The notes under the pieces are model-generated. The model made no database searches. It was not told the DNA's origin and saw only the letters and a program-made list of their open reading frames with translations. Below, in pieces: positions 10,233-19,160 of a stretch of 48,365 nucleotides of DNA. Where the stretch lies: positions 1 through 48,365 of the forward strand of contig JAHQWL010000033.1 of NCBI GenBank assembly GCA_029856155.1, in the 5' to 3' direction. The translations under genes and the position numbers were made by a program. Positions within the stretch are counted from its first letter, which is position 1, and every line of letters begins with the position of its first letter. The DNA is from Promethearchaeia archaeon. GTDB taxonomy: Archaea > Asgardarchaeota > Lokiarchaeia > Sigyniarchaeales > SOKP01.

Positions 10233-12445
10233 TGGACAAAAAACTTGGGTGGAATGGTAAGACATTAAAAACTATGTTAGAAGAAAGTGAAAATTTGTTT
10301 GAAAAATCGGGGCGATATTATGCTCTTGAAAAATTATCATTAAAAGAAGAGGATCCTTTTAGATTTGAACGTAATTATGCTGCATTGAGGGGAGCACTCG
10401 TATCTGCAAGAGAAACGGCATTACATGTAGCTGCTTCTCCAATCGTTACCGAGATTGGAGAATTATGTTTTGCGTTATATACTCCTGAGGGCGATTCTAT
10501 AGTTGTTTCAACTGGAATTTTAGTCCATGTCCATACTATGAGTGAGGCTATCAAATTTATGATTCGAGAAGAATATGAAGATGATCCAGGTATCAATCCA
10601 GGAGATATTTTTCTCAATAATGATCCTGCATGCGGAAATGTTCATACTACTGATGTTCAAACATTATTACCTATTTTTTGGGAAAATAATTTGGTGGGGT
10701 GGGCAGGTGGAGTAACTCATCAAATTGATTGTGGAGGAATAACACCTGGACATGATTTAGTTCCTGCCATGCAAAGATTTGATGATGGAGTATATTATAC
10801 TTGTAGAAAAATTGGTTCAAATGATAAAATTTGGAAGGATCATATGATTAGTGCAAAAAGATCTGTTAGAACTCCTATGTACTGGGAGTTGGATGAAAAA
10901 TGTAGACTTGCTGGAAATTTAATGATTCGTGATGCATTATTGGAATTCATTGAACGAGAAGGATTAGACTACTACAAGCAATTTATTCGAGAAGCAATCG
11001 AAGAAGGTCGCCTAGTTTTTCAAGAAAGAGTAAAAGAACGGTTGATCCCTGGCAGATATAGAGCTGCTGCTTTTATGGATATGCCACAGAAAGAAGAAGC
11101 ATGGCAACCAAGAGCTAGAATGAATAAAATTTCAAACCAACCAATGGAGATCATTATTAAACAAGATGGTAAAATGTCTCTTTCTTTTGATGGAGCAAGT
11201 GGTCCTGGTCCTAATTGTATGAATGCAGATAAAGGCGCTATGGAGGGAGGTCAATGGGTTCTTTTAACGCAAATACTAATTTATGCAGATAAAGTAAATG
11301 ATGGTGCATACTTTGCTGTAGAGAAAGAATATCCTCTAGGGTCATGGTGCAATCCAGGTGATATCTACTTATCATACCAAGCTCCATGGGGTAATTTAAT
11401 TCCTGCTTATACTGGAATGATGAAGTGTATCTCTTATGGGTTATTTTCTCGGGGATATAGAGAGGAGGTCGTTTCAGGATATCCTTTTACTGGAGATGCT
11501 ATTCAAGGTGGCGGAATATATTCGGATGGACCATTAATGGGACAACGATGGTCCTTGTCGACTTTTGAAATTAGTGGTCAAGGTTTTGGTGCAAGTGCTG
11601 TTCGAGATGGTTTAAATTGGGGATATGCAATGTGGAATCCTGAATCAGACCTTGGTGATGTCGAAACATGGGAATTATTTCAAGGTGGTGTACCTTATCT
11701 ATCAAGACGAGTTAAACCCAATTTATCTGGGCATGGTAAATACAGAGGAGGAGCAAATTATGAAGGTGTAGGGATGGTAGCTTATTCGAAAGATGTGGAC
11801 TTTTTTGGAGCTAGAGAAGGATTGGTATTCCATGGAGCTGGAGGAATGCATGGAGGATATCCTAATGCAACTGGATATCGATTATATGCAAAAAATACGA
11901 ATATGGAAGAGATCATTAAAAATCAAAGTAAATATCCACTTGGAGACCCTGATCCTACTAATGGTGAATTTGAACGACTAATAAAGGGGGATATAACACG
12001 AAAACCTTATTGTAGTATTTATCCAATTACTTTAGAGAACTATGATATTTTCTATTATTTCTTGAGTGGTGGTCCTGGATATGGAGATCCTCTAGAGCGA
12101 GATATCGAGCATGTAAAAGAAGACCTTGACAATGGTTTTTATACAAAGGATATTGTTAAAAATGTCTATGGAGTAATTGCTAATTATAGTGAGATAAAGA
12201 AAGAATGGGAGATTGATGAAATAGCTACTAAGAAATATAAAGAAAATTTAAAAAAAGAGAGAAAAGAAAAGTCAATGACTTTTGAAGAATATTGGGAAAA
12301 AGAGAAAAAAAAAATAACTGAAAATAAATTAAGTGAACCTGTTAAATTAATGGTTACAGAAAGTCTCAAATTGTCAAATAATTGGGCTAAGGAATTTAAA
12401 AAATTCTGGAAATTACCTGAAGGTTTTAAAATGGAGGTGAAATAA
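10232..12445 (+). CDS. acxB: Acetone carboxylase alpha subunit (hydantoinase B family, metal-binding)
   Basis: AASPIVTEIGELCFALYTPEGDSI, STGILVHVHTMSEAIK, candidate metal ligands in HTTD and THQID, GGPGYGDPLER; TAATG overlap with acxA. Confidence 0.88.
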   Translation: MDKKLGWNGKTLKTMLEESENLFEKSGRYYALEKLSLKEEDPFRFERNYAALRGALVSARETALHVAASPIVTEIGELCFALYTPEGDSIVVSTGILVHVHTMSEAIKFMIREEYEDDPGINPGDIFLNNDPACGNVHTTDVQTLLPIFWENNLVGWAGGVTHQIDCGGITPGHDLVPAMQRFDDGVYYTCRKIGSNDKIWKDHMISAKRSVRTPMYWELDEKCRLAGNLMIRDALLEFIEREGLDYYKQFIREAIEEGRLVFQERVKERLIPGRYRAAAFMDMPQKEEAWQPRARMNKISNQPMEIIIKQDGKMSLSFDGASGPGPNCMNADKGAMEGGQWVLLTQILIYADKVNDGAYFAVEKEYPLGSWCNPGDIYLSYQAPWGNLIPAYTGMMKCISYGLFSRGYREEVVSGYPFTGDAIQGGGIYSDGPLMGQRWSLSTFEISGQGFGASAVRDGLNWGYAMWNPESDLGDVETWELFQGGVPYLSRRVKPNLSGHGKYRGGANYEGVGMVAYSKDVDFFGAREGLVFHGAGGMHGGYPNATGYRLYAKNTNMEEIIKNQSKYPLGDPDPTNGEFERLIKGDITRKPYCSIYPITLENYDIFYYFLSGGPGYGDPLERDIEHVKEDLDNGFYTKDIVKNVYGVIANYSEIKKEWEIDEIATKKYKENLKKERKEKSMTFEEYWEKEKKKITENKLSEPVKLMVTESLKLSNNWAKEFKKFWKLPEGFKMEVK

Positions 12446-12940
12446 ATGGTATCTTATGATAGAAAAACATTGGAAAGAATGATTGATGGAAAATTACTAT
12501 GGGATGAACTGAAACCAATAATTAGCGGAAGAAAAGATTCCAATAGATTCGATTTGATTATAGAAATATTACAAAAACGTATGCCATGGAAAGAAAAGAT
12601 AATATTACCCCTACATGAACACCTTCAAATCGTCTCGAAAGAAGGAGAGAGAATTGTAAAATGTGATTGTGGACATGAATTTGGAGATTATAGAGAGAAT
12701 TGGAAAACTAAATGTCGCATTAGAGTAAGAGAAACGTTTGAAGAAATTGAGGAGCTTTATCCTAGAGATATGGGTAGTGACCCAGAATGGATAGAATTAA
12801 GAGAATATTTATGTCCAGGATGTTTTACACTCTTGGATGTTGAAGCTGTACCTCCTGGTTATCCAACAATATTTAACTTTCTACCTGATATTGATACTTT
12901 CTATGAAAAATGGTTAGGTAGAAAAGCACCAGATAGGTAA
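12446..12940 (+). CDS. acxC: Acetone carboxylase gamma subunit
   Basis: KCDCGHEFGDYRENWK and REYLCPGCFTLLDVEA zinc-binding CxC/CxxC; C-terminal PDIDTFYEKWLG. Confidence 0.92.
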   Translation: MVSYDRKTLERMIDGKLLWDELKPIISGRKDSNRFDLIIEILQKRMPWKEKIILPLHEHLQIVSKEGERIVKCDCGHEFGDYRENWKTKCRIRVRETFEEIEELYPRDMGSDPEWIELREYLCPGCFTLLDVEAVPPGYPTIFNFLPDIDTFYEKWLGRKAPDR

Positions 12941-12945
12941 TATTA

Positions 12946-13224
12946 TTATATTATAGGTGGTTTTAATTCTTTTTTTGGCTTTTTTATATCATAATTTTTG
13001 TTCATTTTCCATGTATAAATCCCTAAACCTATTAAAAAAAAAGAAAACAATAAATAAGCCGTCCAAAATGTAATACTAACTGCGAACCATCCCATACTAA
13101 AAATCCTATTCGAAATCGCAGCAACAGCTAATCCCGTTAATGCTAAAACTGATGATAGAAGACCACAAATTATATCAAAATAAATTGCTATTCTTTCATC
13201 TTTTATTTCTCGTTCTGATTTCAT
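12946..13224 (-). CDS. small two-helix membrane protein, hypothetical
   Basis: Two long hydrophobic segments and a basic C-terminus. Confidence 0.7.
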   Translation of the reverse strand: MKSEREIKDERIAIYFDIICGLLSSVLALTGLAVAAISNRIFSMGWFAVSITFWTAYLLFSFFLIGLGIYTWKMNKNYDIKKPKKELKPPII

Positions 13225-13279
13225 TTAATTAATCATCTTAAATATAATATTTTAGTATTACAAGTAATATTAATGAGTT

Positions 13280-13561
13280 TTAGTTAAAAAAACTTTCAAG
13301 TAAATCATAATATACCTTTAAAATCTCCTTTTTCGTCAAAAATATAAATCGAAAATAATATTTTCCAAAATCTACAAATCCAAAACTATAAACACCACAA
13401 ATTCCTGTAGTTTTAAAAAGATCCATTCTAAACTCTTAGTTATCTTTTTAATCTTTAAATTCGTTTAAATCTAATTTTTGAAATAAATACAAGGCTCCAT
13501 AAGGTTTAACACAAGTTATACCCTCAACTTTCATTAAACGAGTATATGAGTAATCTCTTCT
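13280..13561 (-). pseudogene. C-terminal remnant of a class I/II PLP aminotransferase (alanine aminotransferase-like)
   Basis: Manual translation: RRDYSYTRLMKVEGITCVKPYGALYLFQKLDLNEFKD*KDN*EFRMDLFKTTGICGVYSFGFVDFGKYYFRFIFLTKKEILKVYYDLLESFFN*. It follows the family C-terminal pattern RRD...RL..I.G....P.GAFY.F...G.GF....FR..FL and has two internal stops. Confidence 0.82.
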
Positions 13562-13615
13562 TTATATTTGATAAAATAAGTTCTAGATAAAAAATTTATT
13601 TAGAGCTATAAATAG

Positions 13616-14731
13616 CTATAGAAGAGATTCTATAGGCTCATACGGATAATTGAAAGTCTCAGCAATTTCCTTTATTGTTATAGCTCCTTTTAGAAGATTT
13701 ACACCTCTTCTTAATGGGGGATTTTTTTTTAGTACTTCTATAATATCATCATCAGATATTAAATTTAATAGATATGGAAACAAACTTTCAGAAAGTGCTT
13801 CAGTAGCGGTCCTTGGATACGCTCCAGGCATATTTGATACACAATAATGAATTATATCCTCAACAATGTAAGTTGGATCTTCATGAGTTGTAGCTCTACT
13901 AGTTTCAATACAACCACCTTGGTCTATTGAAACATCTACAATTACAGCCCCCGGTTTCATGGATCTAACCATTTCTCTTGTAACTATCCTAGGTGCTTTT
14001 GCGTTTGGAATTAAAACTGTTCCTATCAGAATATCTGATTCTTTAACATTATTTCTTATATTTCTTATATTTGACACAAAGATATTAATTCCTTTAGGTA
14101 AAATGTCTTTTAAATATCTAATTCGTGTTATACTTTTTTCTAGAATTGTTACATTAGCTCCTAAACCATAACCTGCCAATGCAGCACTTAAACCTGCAGT
14201 GCCTCCACCTAATATAGTAACTCTACCCCTATAAACTCCAGCAACTCCTCCTAATAAAACACCTTTACCTTTATTATGTATTGTAAGCAAATTAGCTCCC
14301 TTAATTAATGCCATTCTTCCCGCAACTTCAGACATAGGTATTAAAATTGGTAAATGACCATTATCCAATTCAACTGATTCAAATGCAATTGCAGTTGATT
14401 TACCTCTCATAAAAACATCTGTTAATTCTTTAATTGCAGATAAGTGGAGGAAAGAAAATAATATTGGTCCAGGATTAAAATAATTTAATTCTTCTAAAAT
14501 AGGTTCTTTTACTTTAACAAGTATGTCTGAGTTTGAATAGATCTGCTTTTTATTTTCATAAATTTTAGCACCTGCTTTTATGTATTCTTCATCATTAAAT
14601 CCTGCGTTTTTTCCTGCATTGCGTTCCGTAATAATATTATGGCCTAAATGTATAAGTTCTTCAACATTATATGGAGTAAGGCTTACTCTTCCTTCTCCAA
14701 GCTTTATTTCTTTAGGAATTCCTATTATCAT
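13616..14731 (-). CDS. ald: Alanine dehydrogenase (bacterial AlaDh/PNT type)
   Basis: [36 protein letters not shown] Rossmann motif, [22 protein letters not shown]. Confidence 0.95.
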   Translation of the reverse strand: MIIGIPKEIKLGEGRVSLTPYNVEELIHLGHNIITERNAGKNAGFNDEEYIKAGAKIYENKKQIYSNSDILVKVKEPILEELNYFNPGPILFSFLHLSAIKELTDVFMRGKSTAIAFESVELDNGHLPILIPMSEVAGRMALIKGANLLTIHNKGKGVLLGGVAGVYRGRVTILGGGTAGLSAALAGYGLGANVTILEKSITRIRYLKDILPKGINIFVSNIRNIRNNVKESDILIGTVLIPNAKAPRIVTREMVRSMKPGAVIVDVSIDQGGCIETSRATTHEDPTYIVEDIIHYCVSNMPGAYPRTATEALSESLFPYLLNLISDDDIIEVLKKNPPLRRGVNLLKGAITIKEIAETFNYPYEPIESLL

Positions 14732-14810
14732 TTTTCTCTCAAAACTAAATAGTATAAATTAAATCTTTATAATTTGATTATAAAAAATATTTCAAATAAA
14801 TTTAAATTCA

Positions 14811-15032
14811 CTAATTAGAATCAATTTGCTAAAAGTTTTTTCCATCAAAAGAAGCATCTGTTAATGGTTTGGAAATTTATCATGGTGTTTGAAAATCATT
14901 TATAACAAGGTCTCTAATATTTGGATAATAAATTATTTTCCCACTCTTAGTAACTTCAGATGCTAAAGCAGCGATTTCACGGTTCGCATAAGAAATATCT
15001 CTAACTCTTTGCCAAATTATATTTATTCCCGT
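14811..15032 (-). pseudogene. N-terminal remnant of the same alanine aminotransferase-like gene
   Basis: Manual translation: TGINIIWQRVRDISYANREIAALASEVTKSGKIIYYPNIRDLVINDFQTP**ISKPLTDASFDGKNF*QIDSN. This is a degenerate version of the R...I.YAIR......A.E....G..I..LNIGDP...DF..P......G.N.Y.DS pattern; ACG sits at the probable former start. Confidence 0.78.
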
Positions 15033-15111
15033 ATGCTAAATCAATTTAATATATATCGTTTGCATGAAATATATTGAAAAATATACAATGAAAAAATTTA
15101 TAATAATAGAT

Positions 15112-16173
15112 CTATAATAATAGATCCCAATTCATATCTTTTTCCATTAATTCTAAAACTTTTTCTATTTCATCTTCCTGTATACCTGGTTTTAACCGCT
15201 CTAAATTTCTCATAGTAGTATATGTGTCAGAAGGGCTTAAGATAATTGGTATCCCTTTAGCATTAGCTGCTGTAATTACCCCTATATCAGGTTGAATGAA
15301 ACCTGTTAGTATCAATACTGAAACATCTTGCGCTAATGCTGCCATGGCTAAATCCGTTCTGTCGCCCCCTGTAATAAATGCTGCTCGTTTAATTTGCCTT
15401 AAATACTTTAACGCTGACTGTGCATTCATAGCACCAATAAGGAAAGTTTCCACTAAATTATTTAATCCAGAAGAAGCTTGTTCATTTATTAATTCTCCAC
15501 CAATTTGGGCTACGATTTCATTTACGCGAGGTGAAAATAACTCTATACTTTTTTCTATTATTCCTAATACAGGTATATCATATCTATTTATATGGTCTTC
15601 TGTAAGCTCTTTAATTCTTGCAACGTATTCATAATCTATTTTATTAAATAAAATACCTTTAATACCAATATTACGGAACTCAAAGTAATTTTTCGTAAAA
15701 AATATATTATCTATGCAATGATCTGACGATTCTGTAGAAACATATATCAACTCATTTATACCAAGAGTCTTTGCAATACTCACATCATCAAGTCCCACTC
15801 TAATGAATTTCCTAAGACTTGGATTACCTTCAATAATAACATAATCTACTTCCTTAGTAATTTTATCATAAGTATTTTTTATTTTTTGCATAAATTCTTC
15901 TTTTTTATCGGCATTAATCAAATCAACGTAATAGGAATCTGGAATAGAAACAGGTGAGATATAGTCATATGGAAAATCTGTTTGGTAAATAGTATTTAAA
16001 ATAAATCCAACATCTGGATCTGCTTTATTTGTAAAGGCACTTTTAGGAATACCAATAGGTTTGAAATAAACAAACTTTTTCCTTTCCTTTTTTAATTTTT
16101 GAATGAATCCTATAGAAAGAAAGCTTTTTCCAGCATGTTCTCGTAAAGAGCTTAAATAAAATATTTCTACCAT
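15112..16173 (-). CDS. Phosphotransacetylase N-terminal-like protein (AAA_26 P-loop plus DRTGG domain), no Pta catalytic domain
   Basis: AGKS, YFKPIG, VIIEG, ITGGDRTD, ILTG; directly downstream of the acyl-CoA synthetase. Confidence 0.85.
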   Translation of the reverse strand: MVEIFYLSSLREHAGKSFLSIGFIQKLKKERKKFVYFKPIGIPKSAFTNKADPDVGFILNTIYQTDFPYDYISPVSIPDSYYVDLINADKKEEFMQKIKNTYDKITKEVDYVIIEGNPSLRKFIRVGLDDVSIAKTLGINELIYVSTESSDHCIDNIFFTKNYFEFRNIGIKGILFNKIDYEYVARIKELTEDHINRYDIPVLGIIEKSIELFSPRVNEIVAQIGGELINEQASSGLNNLVETFLIGAMNAQSALKYLRQIKRAAFITGGDRTDLAMAALAQDVSVLILTGFIQPDIGVITAANAKGIPIILSPSDTYTTMRNLERLKPGIQEDEIEKVLELMEKDMNWDLLL

Positions 16174-16240
16174 TTTCTTCCCTTTTTTTTTTCCTTCCTT
16201 ATTATTATTATTATTATTTTAATTTTTACTTAATTATTTT

Positions 16241-18391
16241 TTATCTTCTTATGGTAATTTTTATATCCACAGCACTATATCCTCTCACAAAAGCAAGAAG
16301 AGGATTAATATCTAATTCAACTATCTCCGGAAAATCATTTACAAGTTGAGAAAGTCTAAGCATTACATCTATGATTGCCACAATATCTGAGGCAGGTTCA
16401 CCTCTTACTCCCTGTAAAAGGCTGAATATTTTAGTATTTTCAATTTGTAGCTTAGCATCTTCTCTTGTATATTTATATGCTAATGCAAATGATACATCTT
16501 TCATAAAATTAGCATATATTCCTCCCGTTCCGAACATAAGGATAGGTCCAAAACCAGGATCTTGAGACATACCAATGATTATCTCATTTATCTTTTCTTG
16601 CGATTTAAAATCAATCATCTCTTGGACTTCTACCCCGTAAATTTTAGCATTCTGTGGACCAAATTTTTTAGCGTTATTCACTATTTGTATATAAGCTTCA
16701 AAGGCATCTTGTTCGGTTTCAATATTTAATAGAATTCCCCCAACATCCGTTTTATGTATAATATGTGGACTTACTATTTTCATTACAGATTTACCAATTT
16801 CAGATTGTAATTTCATAGCTTGTTGGGGGGTTTGAGCTAATCGGGATTTGGGGGATTTTATTCCATAACAATCAAAAACCTCACTTGTTTCATAACTTAA
16901 TAAAACCATTCTGTCATCTTTTCGAACATTAGAGAAGATTTCTTTTACTCGTTTTTTGTTTACTTTAAATGAAGGAATTTCTAATTGATTTAATGGAGTA
17001 GTTGTTAAATAATTACTTCGCTTTGTTAAGGTTTTTAATGAATGAGCAGCTCTATCTGGAAAATGATAACATGGAATATGATTTTGTTTTAAATATTCTC
17101 TCCCCTCAAAAATATTTTTTCCTCCAATAAACGAACATACGATTGGTTTGGTTTCTAAATATTTTGATGAAATATTATGAATTAGTTTTGCAACTTCAGT
17201 AGGTTTAGTTTGAGCCTGGGGAGTTAAAATTATTAAGGCTCCTTCTGTTGTTATATCGTTAAAATTTTGTCCAGAATTTAGGCCAAAAACAGTTTTAATT
17301 GTAAATTCATATCTATTTGGTGTAGCATCTCCTACAATATCAATTGGGTTAAAGATTGCTGCTTCTAAAGGCAAATTTTCTCTTAAAGAATGAAGAATTG
17401 GTTCTGAAAAACTTGAAAATTTCAAACCTTCACGTTCAAAAGCGTCTGTAGCTATGATCCCTGGTCCTCCGGCATTTGTAATAATCGCAAAAGAATTTGT
17501 TTTAGGAATTGGCTGATAAAGAAAAGCTTCACCATAATCAAATAAATCTTCAATCGTTTTTGCTCTGATTACTCCACATTTCTCAAAAGCTAAATCATAA
17601 GCAATGTCTGCTCCTGCTAAAGCACCAGTGTGACTTGAAGCAGCTCTGGCACCAGCTTCACTTATTCCAGATTTTAACATTATAATTGGTTTTTTTCTTG
17701 TTGCTTTTGGTAAAACTTCAAGGAATCTATCACCATCCTTAATACTTTCTAAATAACATAAAATAACTTTTGTATTTTGATCATTAGCTAGATAATCTAT
17801 AAAATCTACAGCCCCTAAATCTGCTTTATTACCCAAACTTATATTACAGGAGAATCCATATGATTCATTCATACTGAGATCCATCATCGCAGTAAGCATA
17901 GCTCCTGACTGTGATATCATAGCTATACCTCCTTTTTTTGGAGTTTCTGCAGCGAATGAGCCATTATAGTTAAGACCGATAAAACCTAAACAGTTTGGAC
18001 CTAAAATTCTTATATTATACTTTTTACCTATTCTAATTAGTTCGTCTTCTCTTTCATGTCCTTCTCCTCCAATTTCTTTAAATCCCGCTGAAATGATGAT
18101 TAATCCTTTGATTCCTTTTTTACCACATTCCTCTGCTGTTTTATTAACAAATTTTCCTGGGATAACAAAAATAGCTATATCAATATCTTCAGGTACATCT
18201 AAAACGCTTTTATAGCAACGTAAATTACAAATCTCGTGAGCTTTTGGATTTATGGGGTATACTTTGCCGTTATAACCCGAATTTATTATATTATTTAAAA
18301 CGGTGTTGCCAACCTTCCCCTCTGTTTCACTAGCTCCAATTACAGCTATACTTTTAGGATTAAAGAAAAATGAGATATCGCTATTAGCCAT
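16241..18391 (-). CDS. acd: ADP-forming acetate/acyl-CoA ligase, fused alpha-beta subunits
   Basis: PKSIAVIGAS, LGPNCLG, SQSGA, phospho-His ASSHTGALAG, NAGGPG, NPIDIVGDA, HKTDVGG, ELDINP; no GNAT domain. Confidence 0.92.
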   Translation of the reverse strand: MANSDISFFFNPKSIAVIGASETEGKVGNTVLNNIINSGYNGKVYPINPKAHEICNLRCYKSVLDVPEDIDIAIFVIPGKFVNKTAEECGKKGIKGLIIISAGFKEIGGEGHEREDELIRIGKKYNIRILGPNCLGFIGLNYNGSFAAETPKKGGIAMISQSGAMLTAMMDLSMNESYGFSCNISLGNKADLGAVDFIDYLANDQNTKVILCYLESIKDGDRFLEVLPKATRKKPIIMLKSGISEAGARAASSHTGALAGADIAYDLAFEKCGVIRAKTIEDLFDYGEAFLYQPIPKTNSFAIITNAGGPGIIATDAFEREGLKFSSFSEPILHSLRENLPLEAAIFNPIDIVGDATPNRYEFTIKTVFGLNSGQNFNDITTEGALIILTPQAQTKPTEVAKLIHNISSKYLETKPIVCSFIGGKNIFEGREYLKQNHIPCYHFPDRAAHSLKTLTKRSNYLTTTPLNQLEIPSFKVNKKRVKEIFSNVRKDDRMVLLSYETSEVFDCYGIKSPKSRLAQTPQQAMKLQSEIGKSVMKIVSPHIIHKTDVGGILLNIETEQDAFEAYIQIVNNAKKFGPQNAKIYGVEVQEMIDFKSQEKINEIIIGMSQDPGFGPILMFGTGGIYANFMKDVSFALAYKYTREDAKLQIENTKIFSLLQGVRGEPASDIVAIIDVMLRLSQLVNDFPEIVELDINPLLAFVRGYSAVDIKITIRR

Positions 18392-18539
18392 TTTTTTATC
18401 TAAAGAATTAATGTATTCTAAAACTTGTATAAAATTCTATTATTGTGATTATTTTTAAATTTTTCATTGATTAAAAATACATCATAAAGAATAATTTTGA
18501 AACCATAATTATTAATAAATTTTCATCTTTCCTTTCTGT

Positions 18540-19016
18540 ATGACTAAGATTAATATTATAACAAATAAAGGTGAAATAAATCTTAATTTATTTGATGAAA
18601 ACGCCCCTCTCACAGTTGCTAGCTTTCTACACTTAATTCGTCAAAATTTCTATAATAATATTGTTTTTCACCGTGTAATCCCTGATTTTATGATCCAAGT
18701 CGGGTGTCCTTTAGGTCGTGGAACAGGTGGACCGAGAGATAAAGGTATTAATTCGTTTCCCTATAAAAATAAACAAATTAGTTATCCATTTGCAGATGAA
18801 TTTCAAAGTGGAAGAAAATTTGATAAACCAGGAATCTTAGCGATGGCCAATGCAGGACCTAATACTAATGGATCCCAAATTTTCATAACGCATGTACCTA
18901 CATTACACCTTAACAACAAACATACAATATTTGGGGAAGTCATCGGCGCTTCAGACCAAGATGTCGTTAATTCGATAGTTCAAGGTGATAAAATCATAGA
19001 AATTAGAGTATTATAA
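18540..19016 (+). CDS. Cyclophilin-type peptidyl-prolyl cis-trans isomerase
   Basis: FHRVIPDFMIQVGCP, LAMANAGPNTNGSQIFIT, HLNNKHTIFGEV. Confidence 0.95.
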   Translation: MTKINIITNKGEINLNLFDENAPLTVASFLHLIRQNFYNNIVFHRVIPDFMIQVGCPLGRGTGGPRDKGINSFPYKNKQISYPFADEFQSGRKFDKPGILAMANAGPNTNGSQIFITHVPTLHLNNKHTIFGEVIGASDQDVVNSIVQGDKIIEIRVL

Positions 19017-19160
19017 TTATAAGATTAAAGGATTTTTTTTAATTCTCTTTTACATATTTTTTTTAATCTCGTTTAATATACTAAAAATTTATAGATATTA
19101 TCTATTATTAATATTATTGAATTACCTATTTTTCTTATATAATAAAATCAATTGGATTAA

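Noticed and set aside
15036-15065. ATG 15065 followed by an in-frame TAG as possible pyrrolysine read-through
   Set aside because: The same frame has TGA, TAA and further TAG stops; aminotransferase pseudogene decay explains it.
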